This document shows positions 21,766 through 33,321 of a stretch of 42,738 nucleotides of DNA, one piece after another (within the stretch, counting starts at the first letter, position 1; every line of letters starts with the position of its first letter). The DNA comes from Cyanophora paradoxa CCMP329. Taxonomy: Eukaryota; Plantae; Glaucophyta. The stretch covers positions 1 through 42,738 of the forward strand of contig QPMI01000341.1 in NCBI GenBank assembly GCA_004431415.1, given 5' to 3'. Both the position numbers and the translations under genes were made by a program. Under the pieces are notes generated by a model, which saw only the letters and a list, made by a program, of their open reading frames with translations, was not told where the DNA came from and did no database searches.

Positions 21766-24063
21766 TTAGACGGTGTAATACTGCTGGGAGCGGGTGTCGT
21801 AGACCTGGAAGTACTGGCCGCCCTGGTTCCAGAAGTGGTACTGCCCGCGGTTCGAGTCGTAGAAGTACTTGCGCTGCGAGCTCGGGTCGTAGTAGAAGTA
21901 GTTGTTGTTGTCCAGGTGGTAGTCTGCCGGGCCCGGTCACGCCGGCGGGCGGAGGGCGGCGGGCGGAGGGCGGCGTACACTGGCCGAGGGAGGCGTCCCA
22001 GTAGAACCACTTGCCCGTCTGCGGGTCCTGCCAGTGCGGGTCCATCGGGCCCGATGGCCGCGGCGCCGCCTGCATCGGCGGGGCAGGCGGGCCCGGCGGC
22101 GGCGGGGCGTTGCTGCCCCGGCGTCAGGCGTCGCGAGGCGGACGAATGGGGGGGCGGGGGAGTGCACCGGTTCATCATGGGGGCCGGGGGCGGGCCGGAG
22201 GGGCCGGCGGGGCCGGCGGAGTACTCGAGCTTGACGCGGATGACGGAGCGCTTGTCGTCGAGCTCGGACTGCTCGACCTCGCTCGTGTCGCGCGTCCGCA
22301 GGCGGTAGTCCTTCTCCATCCCCTGGCCCGACGGGCGCGCCTCCGCGAGGGGGATGTCCGCCTCGCCGAGGTAGTCCTTGCCGATCACGTCCTTGTCCCA
22401 CACCTTGATGTTGATGACGTCGCTCGGGTCGTCCCCGCCCCGCGCCGCCGTCACCTCGAACCGGTTCTCCCGCCACACCTGCCCCCGCGTCGGCGGCGTG
22501 CCCCTCGTGCGGGGCGGCGGGGCGCACGGGGTTGAGGTTGTCGTCGATGACCTCGGTCTTGCCGACCTCCTTGCCGCCGTACGCGAGGACGGCGAACGGG
22601 TCCGACTTGCCGTTCATGTCCCGCGGCACGAGGTTCCGCGCGCTCGCGATCGTCACCGTCACGCGCTGGCCGGGCTTGACCTTGGGGCCCCCCATCATGC
22701 CCCCGCTCATGCCCATGCCCATCGGCGGGCCCGGCGGCGGCGGGCCGGGACGCGGCGGGCCCGGCGGCGGCGGGGCGTTGCGCATGGAGTTGTTCATCGG
22801 GGGCGCCGGCGGGCCCGGCGGGCGCGGGGGGCCGGGCGGCGGCGGGGTCCACGCCGGCGTCGCGGGGGCCTGCGGCATCTGGGGCGGCGGGGCCGCCATG
22901 CCGGGCGTCTCCAGCTTCACGTTCACGCGCGCGTTCCGGACCTCGTCCTCCCGCACCTGCCGGCCCCGCGCTCAGCCGCCGCCGCCGCCCCCTCCGGCTG
23001 GGGGCAGAGCGAGCGCACCTCCTCGGGATCGGTGGTCAGCACGCGGTACTGCTTCTCAATCGGCACGCCAGGGTGCCAGTCCGCGATCGGGATGTGGACC
23101 TCGCCGAGGTAGTCCTGCGGGGTCGGGGGGTCGGCGCGGGCAGCGGTCGCGGGGCCGGACAGCGCGGACCTTGCCGACGAGGTCCTTATCGAACATCTTC
23201 ACAACGACGACGTCCTGTGCGTCGTTGCCGCCGTTGATGGCCTGGAACTCGACGCGGTAGTTCCACATCTGCGCACGCGCGCGCCGGTGAGCGGATCAAG
23301 CAAGCGAGTCCCGTTCAGCGCATAAGCAAGCGAACCGGGTTAATGGTGCTCTTCACGACCTCAGACTTGCCGATGTCCTTGCCGCCGTACTTTACGACGC
23401 AGTACGGGTCCGACTTGCCGTTCGAGTCGCGCGCCGGGAGCGCCGAGCCGGAGATGATCGTGAGCGCGAGGCGAGCCCCGGCAGGGACCTTCGGATGGTT
23501 GCCACCGCCCATCGACCCGCCCATCGGCGGCGCCCCGCCCGGCGGCGGGGGACGCGACATCGAGCCGCCCATCGGCTGGCCAGGCGGCGGCGGAGGCCGA
23601 GAGCCTGCGGACGCGAAGGCCTTCAGCACAGCTCAGGGCGGGGAATCCGAATAATCGCAAGGGTTGCAAACCGGGCGGAGGCGGGGCGCCGCCGGGAGGA
23701 GGCGGGCGCATGCCTGAAACAAAACAGGCGTTAAAAGCGAACGCAGAACGGACTGCAACGAGGCACAAGGCGGACCGGGGGGCGGAGGAGCCATTCCGCC
23801 AGGAGGCGGAGGGCGAGCCATGCCAGGCGGAGGCGGAGGCCCACCGTACGAGCCTCCGGGCGGCGGCGGCGGACGGGAACCTGCAGCGAGTGTCGGAAAT
23901 GTCCGTCAGGGTCGAATCCCGTCGAGAAGCATCGGGCGAGGATCAAACGCGTTTCAACGGCACCTCCGAAACCGCCGGGCGGAGGAGGAGGAGGAGCCAT
24001 TCCGCCAGGAGGCGGAGGGCGAGCCATGCCAGGCGGCGGCGGGGGCGGAGGGGCGTTGTACAT
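21766..24063 (-). CDS. Pro/Gly/Met-rich protein with two Ca2+-type C2 domains and Tyr-rich OCRE-like C-terminus
   Basis: C2A ARDSNGKSDPY...MFDKDLVGKDYLG; C2B PRDMNGKSDPF...WDKDVIGKDYLG; last exon YHLDNNNYFYYDPSSQRKYFYDSNRGQYHFWNQGGQYFQVYDTRSQQYYTV-stop. Confidence 0.88.
23784..24036. repeat. ~47-bp direct repeat (23784-23830 and 23990-24036) in two Pro-rich exons
   Basis: ggaggagccattccgccaggaggcggagggcgagccatgccaggcgg occurs twice and encodes PPGMARPPPPGGMAPP on the minus strand. Confidence 0.9.
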
Positions 24064-24299
24064 CTGCGAGAACGGACGTTGGGATTAGACGCCGAACTGC
24101 CCGTCCCGACTTAACACAGCGAGCTCTAGAAGCCAATTTTCACCTGCAGTCGCTGCCAGCAAGGCCGCGGAACGCGGGAAAGAGCGCGACACGCACCGAA
24201 CAGCCGGGTACCGGTCCTACTTGAGGGGGGTACGCGGAGCGTGCCGGTAAAGTCGGCGCTCTGCCGGAAGCGGTCGCCTAGAAGCGTTCTGCCGGAAGC

Positions 24300-26670
24300 A
24301 TGGCACCAGCGGGATCCATCATACTCGGGTGCTGGGTTCCAACAGCTCTGCTGGCCGAGGACCTGCCGTGGAAGCCGCAGGCCGACGAGGCATACGTTCA
24401 GGTCGACGTCGAAGTGCTGCCGACTGGCAAGCTAGGCAAGATTACGCGCCATTCCGGCGACCCGGTGAGCCTTGGACTGGGGCGTCGGCTCGCGCGCAGG
24501 TGCCGGGCCATCTGCCGGGCCCCGCATTCAAATCCTGAAGTCACCGAAATACTTGAAACTACGTCGAACTCTCCCCGCCTCTGACAGGAGGGGGCCGGCG
24601 CGCGCGCGCAGGTTGCGTCGGCCCTCGAGTGCATCGACGGGGCGAACCACCTGCTCCTCCCGGGCTTCGTAAACGCGCACACGCATAGCAGTGAGATGTG
24701 GCAGCGCGGCAATGTGCGCCCGCAGCCCGCCCGCACCTAGCAGTAGCGCTCAAGTGCCAACCGACAGATTGCGCCCCTCCCGCTGGAGCTCTGGCTCGAG
24801 GAGTTGTACAGCATCGTATGTGTTTCATCTTCACGGCGTTTTCATGTCACTCTTTGGCCTCATGCACGCGCGCACGGCCGTAGGACATTGGCGTGGAGCA
24901 CGTCTACCTGGCGGCGCTTGGTGCGCCGCTCCGTGGCTGCCTGGCTCGCGGGCGCCCCGGCCGACCGTCGGAGGCGCGGGGCAGGGACGGCGGTGGAGAC
25001 GCTGCTGTCCGGGGGCACGTCGGTGATGGACCACATCTCGCTCGTCCCCGGCAAGGAGATGGAGAGCCTGCGGGCCGCCTTCAAGTGCGCCCCGCGCGCC
25101 CCCTGCTCGCGCCGCGGGCGGCGCCTCACGCGGCGGGCCAGGGCCTACGAGGAGGTCGGCATCCGCGCCTTCGTCGGGCCCCTCGTCTACGGTCCGCCCC
25201 GCCCGCACCGCGGCGCCTGCGGGGCCGGCCTCACGGGCGCGGGCAGACGAGCCGATCTCGCACGGCCTGCCCCGCACGCGCGTCGAGACCTTCGAGCCCC
25301 TCGCCAAGGTCGCCCGCGTCGAGTCTCCCCCCGCGTGCGACCCCCGGTCCGGCCCGCGCCGCCGACCCCGCCAAGGAGCCCGGGGACAGGGCGGGCGGGG
25401 CTGGCGGGGCGGGGCGGGAGGGGAAGGGGCAGGAGGCGGTGGCGGAGGCGGAGGCGGCGCTGGCGGGGCACGGGAACCCGGTGGGGTTCTGCGAGACGGG
25501 CTCGGAGGCGACGGGGAAGGTGCTGGCGCTCATGGAGCGCGCGGTCGCCGAGCTGCACCGGCCCGAGCGCGCCCTCAACGTCGCCGTCGCCCCCACCGGC
25601 ATACAGCTCTGCTCAGATGCCCTCTTCAGGGGCCTCGCCGACGTCCGCACGCCCCTCCCCGCCCTCCCCCGCCGGCGCGGGGCGCGAGGCGGGGCCGGCA
25701 GCTGAGCTCGCGGCACGGGCTGGTGCGGCACGTGCACTTCTTGGAGACGCGCATCCAGCGGCACCGCGCCGCCGAGAAGTACGGCGGGCGCACCGCCGGC
25801 CAGCACCTCCTCGAGGCCCGCCCGCCCGCCCGCCCCGCGCGGCGCGGCCGGCCTGAGAGGGGCGGCAGATCGGGTTCCTGGACGAGCGGACGACGTGCGC
25901 GCACAGCATCTGGCTGCAGGAGGCCGACATCGAGTGCCTGGCGCGCTCGGGGGCGACGGCCGTGCACAACCCGCTCTCCAACCTGCGGCTGGGGAGCGGG
26001 GTCTCGCCGGTGCTGGAGCTCGTGCGGCGGGGCGTGAACGTGACCTTCGGCTGCGACGGCTCCGCCTCGAACGACTCGCAGGACATGCTGGAGGCCATCA
26101 AGATGGGCACCAGTCCGCCCCCGCCCCGCCCCGCTCCCCCGCCCCGCCCCGACGCGGCGCGCGCCAGTCCTGCACAACCTGACGCGGGCGGACTACGCCG
26201 AGTGGCTGGGCCCGTACGACGCGCTGCGGATGGCCTGCCGGGGCGGGGCGCGGGCGCTGGCGCTGGCGGACGGCGGCGTGCTCGGGGAGGGTCGCCTCGC
26301 CGACGTCGTCCTGTACGACCTCACGGACCTCTCCATGCTGCCGCTGGGGGACCCCGTGGGGCAGCTGCTGCTGGGGCGCCCGGCGCGGGAGGTCGTGCGG
26401 CACGTCTTCGTCAACGGGCGGCACGTCGTCCGCAAGGGCGCCGTCCTCGGCTGCGACGTCGCCCGCCTCCGCCGCGACCTCATGGCCCGCAGCGAGCTCC
26501 TCACCCGGCGCCGCCCCCGCGCCACCGCCGGCAACGCCCGCGAGCGCCACTACCGCGACGTCATGGGCCTCCCGCCCCTCCGCCAGCCCTGCCCCTGCGT
26601 CAACGAGGAGCAGCAGGCACACCCCTTCTGGTCCAAGAAGCCGCCCGCCGCCCCCGCCGACGCCCCATGA
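24300..26670 (+). CDS. Metal-dependent amidohydrolase (MTA/SAH deaminase / triazine hydrolase-like), no presequence
   Basis: LLPGFVNAHTHSSEMWQRG, PLELWL, TAVETLLSGGTSVMDH, APTGIQLCSDALF, HVHFLET, AHSIWL, VHNPLSNLRLGSG, GCDGSASNDSQDMLEAIK, VRHVFVNGR. Confidence 0.93.
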
Positions 26671-27346
26671 CCCCGCCCCTAGCTTGTCCCCCCGCGCGAA
26701 ACCGAACGCCTGCATGCGCATGTACATTACAGATGTATCCGGTGGACTCTTCCAGTCTGAGACCTCCTCTCAGAGTCTCTTCCGAAGTTCGCCGTGAATT
26801 TTTGCGTCAATGAAGCCACGATCGACTGATCATGATCAATGTGCCGCAGTGCATGTGCTGCAGCTGCTCATGATCAACGATAGCTGCAGTGTGCAGTAAT
26901 TCAATGATTGCAAGGGGGGGTACCCCCTCCCTTGCTCCCCTGGTGAGTTGGTGCGGCGTACTTTCTGTGTTAGCAATTTTTCTAAGATGCGATTCTTTGC
27001 ATGCGCTCTCGTATAGGTGTGATCGCATCGTAGCCGCTGCGAGCGGCGAAAAACAATGCAGGGGCGGGGCTGCGCAAACATGTCGAGGTCGCGCCTCACC
27101 TGCTATTGCTATACGCGCCGGACCACGTGCTCCTGATTGCTCTCGATGCGTTCTACAAACTTTGTCATACATGCCCGGGCTCGAGAAGCGGCGTACGTCG
27201 CGCTAGACCGCCTCAGGTACCTGTTGTACCGGGCGCCGGAAAAAAGCGCTCCTGAGAGTTTGTGGAATTCGCTTTGACGCACCCCCTGCAAGTGCACCCC
27301 CCTGCCGTACCCGTACTTCGTTCTCCTCAGAATCTCCTGCGTCGTC

Positions 27347-29287
27347 ATGGCCCTTCGCCCGGGGCCGCGGCCGACAGACGCAGTCGCAACTGAAGTTGAG
27401 CTGTGCTCGAGCTCGCGTCCTTGCTCCGACCCCCGCGGCTGCGGGAAGCACTTCACTCGGCAGGACAACCTGTACAAGCACATTCGTCAGTGCAGAAAGA
27501 AGGCGCCCGCGACGCCGCTTTCCGGTGCGCGCCGCTTGGCCGAGCTCGAGTGTGCGCCGATGGTTATGAGTGCCCCGCGCCCGCCGCCCGCAAGATCCGA
27601 GCTCGGCGTTTGCGATCGTTTCAGACATTCCACGCTCTTGCTCGCGCGCCTAGGTGAGCTCGCGCGCCTCCCGGCAATCCCGAGCTGGGCATGCACACTC
27701 GAGCTCGCCGACGGCTCTGACAAGGCCGCTCGGGTGCAGATCTTGCCATGTCGTTGAGCAATTCGTCTTGCGCATCTTCTAGATCCCATCCGGAAGGCGA
27801 GCTCGCGCGCTATAGGGCGTGCGCCGCGCGCGGCCACCTCTCTGACTGGGCGCCCGGTTGCAGATCGCGGCCTGCCGTCTGCTGTCGCTTCGAGCACTTC
27901 TTCTTCTTCTCAACCAGAAGGCGAGCTCGCGCGCCGGCCGCACAACTAGCGCCAAGAGCTCGTGCGGCGCGCGCGGCCACCTCTCTGACTGGGCGCCCGG
28001 TTGCAGATCGCGGCCTGTCGTCGAACAGCTTCTCATGCGCATCTTCTTCTCAGCCCCACGGTGAGTTGCGCTCCCACTTCTCCGGTGGGGCCTCGAGCTT
28101 GGGCCGGGCGGCGCCGGGCTAGCCCCGCCCCCGCGCCACGGCTCTCCGGGGAGAGCTGACGCCTCGGCCCTGCGCAGGCTATGCGCAGGGCCCGGCGCCA
28201 CCTGCCGCTCCGCCCGCTTCCTCGCCCGCCGCCCTGCCGGCTGCTTCAGCTTCGTCGACTCCAGGTTCGCCCCGCCTCTGCTGCTGCGCACCTGGCCCAG
28301 CCGCCCCCGCTGGGCCCCGCCCCCGCACGGCCGCTGTCCCGGGCGAGCTGACGCCTCGGCTCTGCGCATGCGCAGGCTATGCGCAGGTCCCGGCGCCACC
28401 TACCTCTCCTCCCGCTTTCCCGCCCGCCGCCCCACCGGCTGCTTCAGCTCCGTCGACTCCAGGACCCGAGTCCAGGTTCGCCCCGCCGGCGCCGCTGCTG
28501 CCACGCGGGTCACCCGGCCGACCTCGCTGGGCCCCGCGCCGGCACCGCCGCTGTCCGGGGCGAGCTGACGTATACGCGAAGGGCCCGGCGCCACCTGCCG
28601 CTCCGCCCGCTTCCTCGCCCGCCGCCCTGCCGGCTGCTTCAGCTTCGTCGACTCCAGGTTCGCTCCGCCGCTGCTGCTGCGCACCTGGCCCGGCCGCCCC
28701 GCTGGGCCCCGCCCCGCACGGCCGCTGTCCGGGGCGAGCTGACGCCTCGGTTCTGCGCATGCGCAGGCTACGCGCAGGGCCCGGCGCCACCTGTCTCTCC
28801 TTCGGATCCCGCTTTCCCGCCCGCCGCCGCCGCCGCCAGCGTCGCCACCCCACCTACGTATACCCGCCTCGCCACCCCGCCCGCCTCGCCCGGCCGCCCG
28901 CCTTCCGCATGCCTCTCTAGCTGCCCCTTCAGCCCCCCTCCCCTGCGCCCCCCGCCTCCCCCCCAAGTACATTGCAATGTGTACCAGTACCCCCCCTTGC
29001 ACCTCCGCGCGCGGCCCGCACTTGCCGATCTTGCACAGGGCCGGGCGCGGTCTGCTAGTATTCCCCGCGGCCCGGCGGCCCGGCCCGGCACGTGCTGCAC
29101 TGTCCGCTGGTGCCGCCCGGGCAGCCCAGGCCCCAGCCCGCAAAGGAAACAGAGCCTCGGACCCGGGAGAGGGATGTGGCTGAGACGAGCCCGTACCAGG
29201 CTGCCCATTGAAAGGGCTGCCCCGTACTCAAAGGGGCCCACCAGAGCACGATACTCTAGCACTGCTTGCGAGTCGGGGCCTCACTGA
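27347..29287 (+). CDS. Putative zinc-finger gene or pseudogene with tandemly duplicated phase-1 exons
   Basis: CSDPRGCGKHFTRQDNLYKHIRQC finger; phase-1 donor at 27525; symmetric exons 27740-27796, 27864-27920, 28007-28060, 28178-28264. Some units break frame; 3' end unknown. Confidence 0.45.
27715..28800 (+). repeat. Tandem intron+exon repeat array (three ~125-145 bp units, then four ~175-220 bp units)
   Basis: gcgcgcggccacctctctgactgggcgcccggttgcagatcgcggcctg occurs twice; gagctgacg...ggcccggcgccacct-type units begin near 28153, 28345, 28562 and 28736. Confidence 0.9.
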
Positions 29288-29499
29288 AGAGAGGCACCCA
29301 ACTGTCTGTGAGTGCGAAAAACGAAAAGAGGAAATGTGGGGGGCAGGAGCAGTCGATCTTGCTATCGGCCTCAAGGTCGCAGGCATCAAATATGAGATTA
29401 GAAGATAGCGGCCAGAGAGTGAACAGGGTCTGGGTGGTGCGGATGATTGCCGTCTAGGAGGCGAGGGAGAAGGCAGGAGACGCATGGCGGGCGGGGTGC

Positions 29500-30553
29500 T
29501 TAGGTCATGCTGTCGATTAGGGAGGCCCGCATGTTGTTCACGATCGCCGCCGGGTTGGCGTCGCGCAACCTGCGAGAGCGCCCTTGAGCACGAACAAAGA
29601 AGTCTTGAGAGAGGCATGAAGAAAGAAAGGCGAACCGGAAGATGGATTCTATGACGGACAGCTCGGTCGAGGTGGTGTCGAGACCGCAGAAGGCGCTCCA
29701 GTCATTTACGCACAGGCCAGCGCCGATCACATCGCTGCCGCGGTTGACCGTGCCCGCCACCAGCGGCACCTGCAAGAGCGACGACAGCTCGTCTTGGTCC
29801 TCTACGGAAGTCCGCGGGTGCACCTGACGACCGCATTCAGCGGAGTGCCGAGCCAGCACAAAAAAGCGGCGCACCAGGCCGCCCTGGTTGGTGAATGAGC
29901 AGTAGCTGCCAACCAGAACCTGCCCTGCTATTGTTTGCCGGAAGACCTCCACCCCAAGCACATCGGCCACGATTTCCTCAGTTTCCTGTGCGCGTGGCAG
30001 GCCAGGGAACATCAGCGAACGCTCAAAACAAGTTGAATATAAATTGCTGCAGCTGTATGGCAACGTACGCACCCGATCTAGGTCGGTGTGAACAAGGGCA
30101 ACGTAGTCATTCGTTGCGACGACATTCCCAAGCGCAGAGAGCCGCTCCTCCACTCTTTGCACGACGACGCTGTCTGGAAGAGAGTTGCGAATGTGCAGGA
30201 GCTCCTGATCAGTCGTGGTGCTGGGCACGAGCAGCCCGTTCTTGTTCCCTGTCGCGAGCGCGTCGTGAGCACGATCGCTGCGGGGCGATCGGTGGCCGCA
30301 GCGCCCGTACCAACAGTCATGCGCCCAATACATCTGCAGCCCGCGATCGTGGCGTGGATCACGGGGATGTGGTCAGCAAGCTCCGCCTCGAAGACGCTGT
30401 AGAAGTTCTCGGAGCCGCCGAGGGAGACAAGGCAGTATGCATTGGTGAGCTTCGCAAAGACTCCGATCTCATTGCTGTTCTCAAATTGGGCGCCTACGCG
30501 CGGCAGTCAGCGCAAGCACGCCACGACGCGGCGCGCGGCGCACGGGTCGCCAT
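29500..30553 (-). CDS. eIF6: Eukaryotic translation initiation factor 6
   Basis: MATR|[22 protein letters not shown]...GNKNGLLVP...[12 protein letters not shown]...[13 protein letters not shown]...[13 protein letters not shown]; five GT-AG introns. Confidence 0.98.
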
Positions 30554-30762
30554 TGGGAGCCGCAGAGGCTTGGTGAAGAGGTGAAGAGGTACCGAGGAAG
30601 TGGCTAGGGAAGAGAACTCGAGCGCTCAGACCTTCCTATGCCTCAGACACGGTTTTGCGTGCGTACCCTCTGAGATTGGGGTACAGCCTAACTTCTCGGC
30701 CGGCCGCCAGAATGAGCAGCTAGGCGCTGCAGCGCGTGCAGAGGACGCCAAACGCGTGCCAG

Positions 30763-33218
30763 ATGGCGGAAGATGAGATCCTGTTCTTCAATGCGGGCCG
30801 CGCGGTTGATGGCGAAGCAGGAGACGGCGCCATCGACTTTGAGGAGGCCCTCGAGGGCACGTTCCTCACAGACAGGCAGCTGGTGAGCGCCCAGCTCGCC
30901 GACTGCGTATGCCCGGCCGGGCGTACCGTTAAGGCCCCGATCTGGCCCCTGGCGCGACGCTCCGACTGAGGCCGCGCCGCGCTCCCCGCTGTTGACTGAT
31001 ACCTTGCATCGTGCCCGCAGCGAGAGCTCGCCGAGACCGAGGATCTCACCAGCGTAACCCATTTGGAGCTGATAGTGGACACCACAGTGACCAGCATGGG
31101 CAACCTGGGTGCTTAGGGGAACCATGCATTGCTTCCTCTTCGTCCAATTCAGCTCATGTGCTGCTCCGTCGCGCAGGCGAGCGGCTCCCCGCGCTCACGC
31201 AGCTCAAGCTCAACAACTCGCGGGTCCCCTCGCTGAGGTCCGCCGGCAGCTGCGGGCCCTGTGCCCCCTTTGCTGCGCTCCCAGCGCCCGAGTCCGCTTC
31301 GCCGGCAGGGACCTGGGAACGAGCATGTCGCGGCTGCGGGTGCTGTGGCTGGCGCGCTCAGAGCTGAAGGACCTGGCGGGGATCGGGGCGTTCGAGGGGA
31401 TCCGCGAGCTGTACCTCTCGTACAACGACATCAGCGACGTGACGCCGCTCGTCGGGCTCGACGAGCTCGAGGTCCTCGACCTCGAGGGGTGCGCCCCGCC
31501 CCGCCCCGGTGCCCCCGCCGCCGCCCCCGTGGCGCCGACGCCGGGCGCGCAGGAACTGCGTGTCGGACATGGAGCAGGTGCTGATGCTGGCGGCGTGCCC
31601 GAGGCTGGGGACGCTCTCGCTGGACTCCAACCCCGTGGCCGGCGCGGCCGAGTACCGTGCCACCGTCCTCGAGGGCATCCCCCAGCTCCAGTATCTCGAC
31701 GACTTCCCCAGGGACTCCGCGCCCCCCGTGCGCCCGCCCCGCCCCGCTCAGCCGCCGCCGCTGCCGGCGCCGCTGACGGGGGCGGGCGGGCAGCCGCCGG
31801 TGTCGGACGACGAGGACCTGCTGCTGGCGCACTCGCCGCTGCCGTTGGCCTCGCCGCGCCTCGCCTCGGCCCTCCACTCGCAGGCCGGCGAGGGCACCAT
31901 CACCGTCGCCGACGAGCGCAAGGCCCGCCCCGCCCCGCCCCGGGGCCGCGCGTGCGGGGCGGGGCGCCTGAGGGAGGGGGCGGGGCAGGTGGTGACCCTC
32001 GGGATCAAGTACGCCCGCCACGGCTTCGACGACGTCTACTTCTCCCTCCCAGGGTGCCCCCCGCCCCGCCGCGCCGCGCCGCGCCCCGGGGCCGACGCGG
32101 GGGCAGGCTGGAGGACTACATGGACGAGGCCTCGCCGGACTTCTCGGGCCCCGCCGCCGACGGCACGCGCCCCGCGCAGGGCGCCATGACCCCGCGCACC
32201 GCCCGCCCCATGTCCGCCGCCTACTCCCACCTCCCCCGCCGCCCCGGCACCGCCGCCCGCCCCGCCTCCGCCCTCCGCAAGCCCCTCGTCTCCGCCCCTC
32301 CCCCGGGCCCCCGCCTCGGCAGCGCCGTCCGCCCGGTCTCCTCGGGGCGGCCCGGGAGCGCCTCGTCGAACCGGCCGGGGAGCGGGGCCTCGGGCTCGGC
32401 GGGGCGGCCGGGGAGCGCGGGGGGCAGCCGGCTGAACCTGCCCCTCGACATCCACGGGGCGCGCGCGCACGACGCGGACGCGAGCAGCCAGCTCACGTAC
32501 GGCGCCGAGCAGCACCTCTGCGGCAACGCCGCCACCGCCCTCCGCACCGCCCGCGCCCGCCGCGGCTCCGGCGCCGAGACCGCCGTGCGCCCCGCCCGCC
32601 CGCCTTGTCCTTTCGCGCCGCCGATCAGGGCGCGGGGGCAGAGGGAGGGCCGTCGCCGCCGCAGGGGCGGGGACCGGGGGGGCGGCGGGGAGGGGCGGGG
32701 GCGCTGGGGGACGAGGAGGTGCTGTCGCACCTGCGGCAGTGGAAGATCGAGACGGCCTCGATCGCCCTCCAGGACTACGACGACAACGAGCTCGCCGACC
32801 TCCCCGCCTCCGGCGGCGCCAGCCCCAGCCCGCGCCCCTCTCCCGGACCCGGGCCCCTCCCAACGGCGCGCCCCCGCTCCCCCGCGCCGCCCGCCCTCGG
32901 GCTCGCCGCCGGGCAGCCCGGGGCCGGCGGGGGCGGACTACCTCGAGACGGCCGCCTCGGGCTCGTCGCGGGCGGGGGCCCCGCCGCCGCTGCCGCCCGC
33001 CGCCCGCCCTCCTCGGCGCGCTCGAGCGGGAGCAGCGACGGGGGCAGCGCGCGCGACGGGTACGCCCCGTCATCGACGCCTTCGCCGAGCGGGGGCCGCC
33101 CCCGCCCGTGCCGCCCCGGCCCCCGCTGCCCCGCCCGCCCGCCCCCCTCCGCTCCGAGGCCGAGCCGCCGGTCGTCCCCCCCAAGCCCCCGCCGCGGCCT
33201 GCCCACCTCCGCACCTAG
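30763..33218 (+). CDS. LRRC56: Leucine-rich repeat protein 56-like (ODA8-type dynein arm assembly factor)
   Basis: GNL|GERLPALTQLKLNNS, RDLGTSMSRLRVLWLAR, ELYLSYNDISD, LEVLDLEG|N, LSLDSNPV...YR...IPQLQYLDD (LRRcap) and downstream SQLTYGAEQHLCGN motif. Confidence 0.85.
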
Positions 33219-33321
33219 CCAGCACAGCCGCCCCCGCCGTCTTTCCAAAGCAGGAGCTGCTCGCCACACAGGGGGCGCGGCCGCACAAGGGGCGGGGGCG
33301 GCGGGGGCGGGGCGCTCGGGA

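Noticed and set aside
26910-26935. Imperfect GC hairpin as a Helitron end
   Set aside because: No adjacent CTRR terminus or other Helitron hallmark.
27109-27348. Minus-strand ORF (MTTQEILRRTKYGYG...) sharing a CATG with the zinc-finger ORF
   Set aside because: No motif or splice support, and no promoter space for both; likely chance.
27715-28800. CRISPR-like array
   Set aside because: Units are long, degenerate and coincide with intron+exon structure; eukaryotic context, no cas genes.
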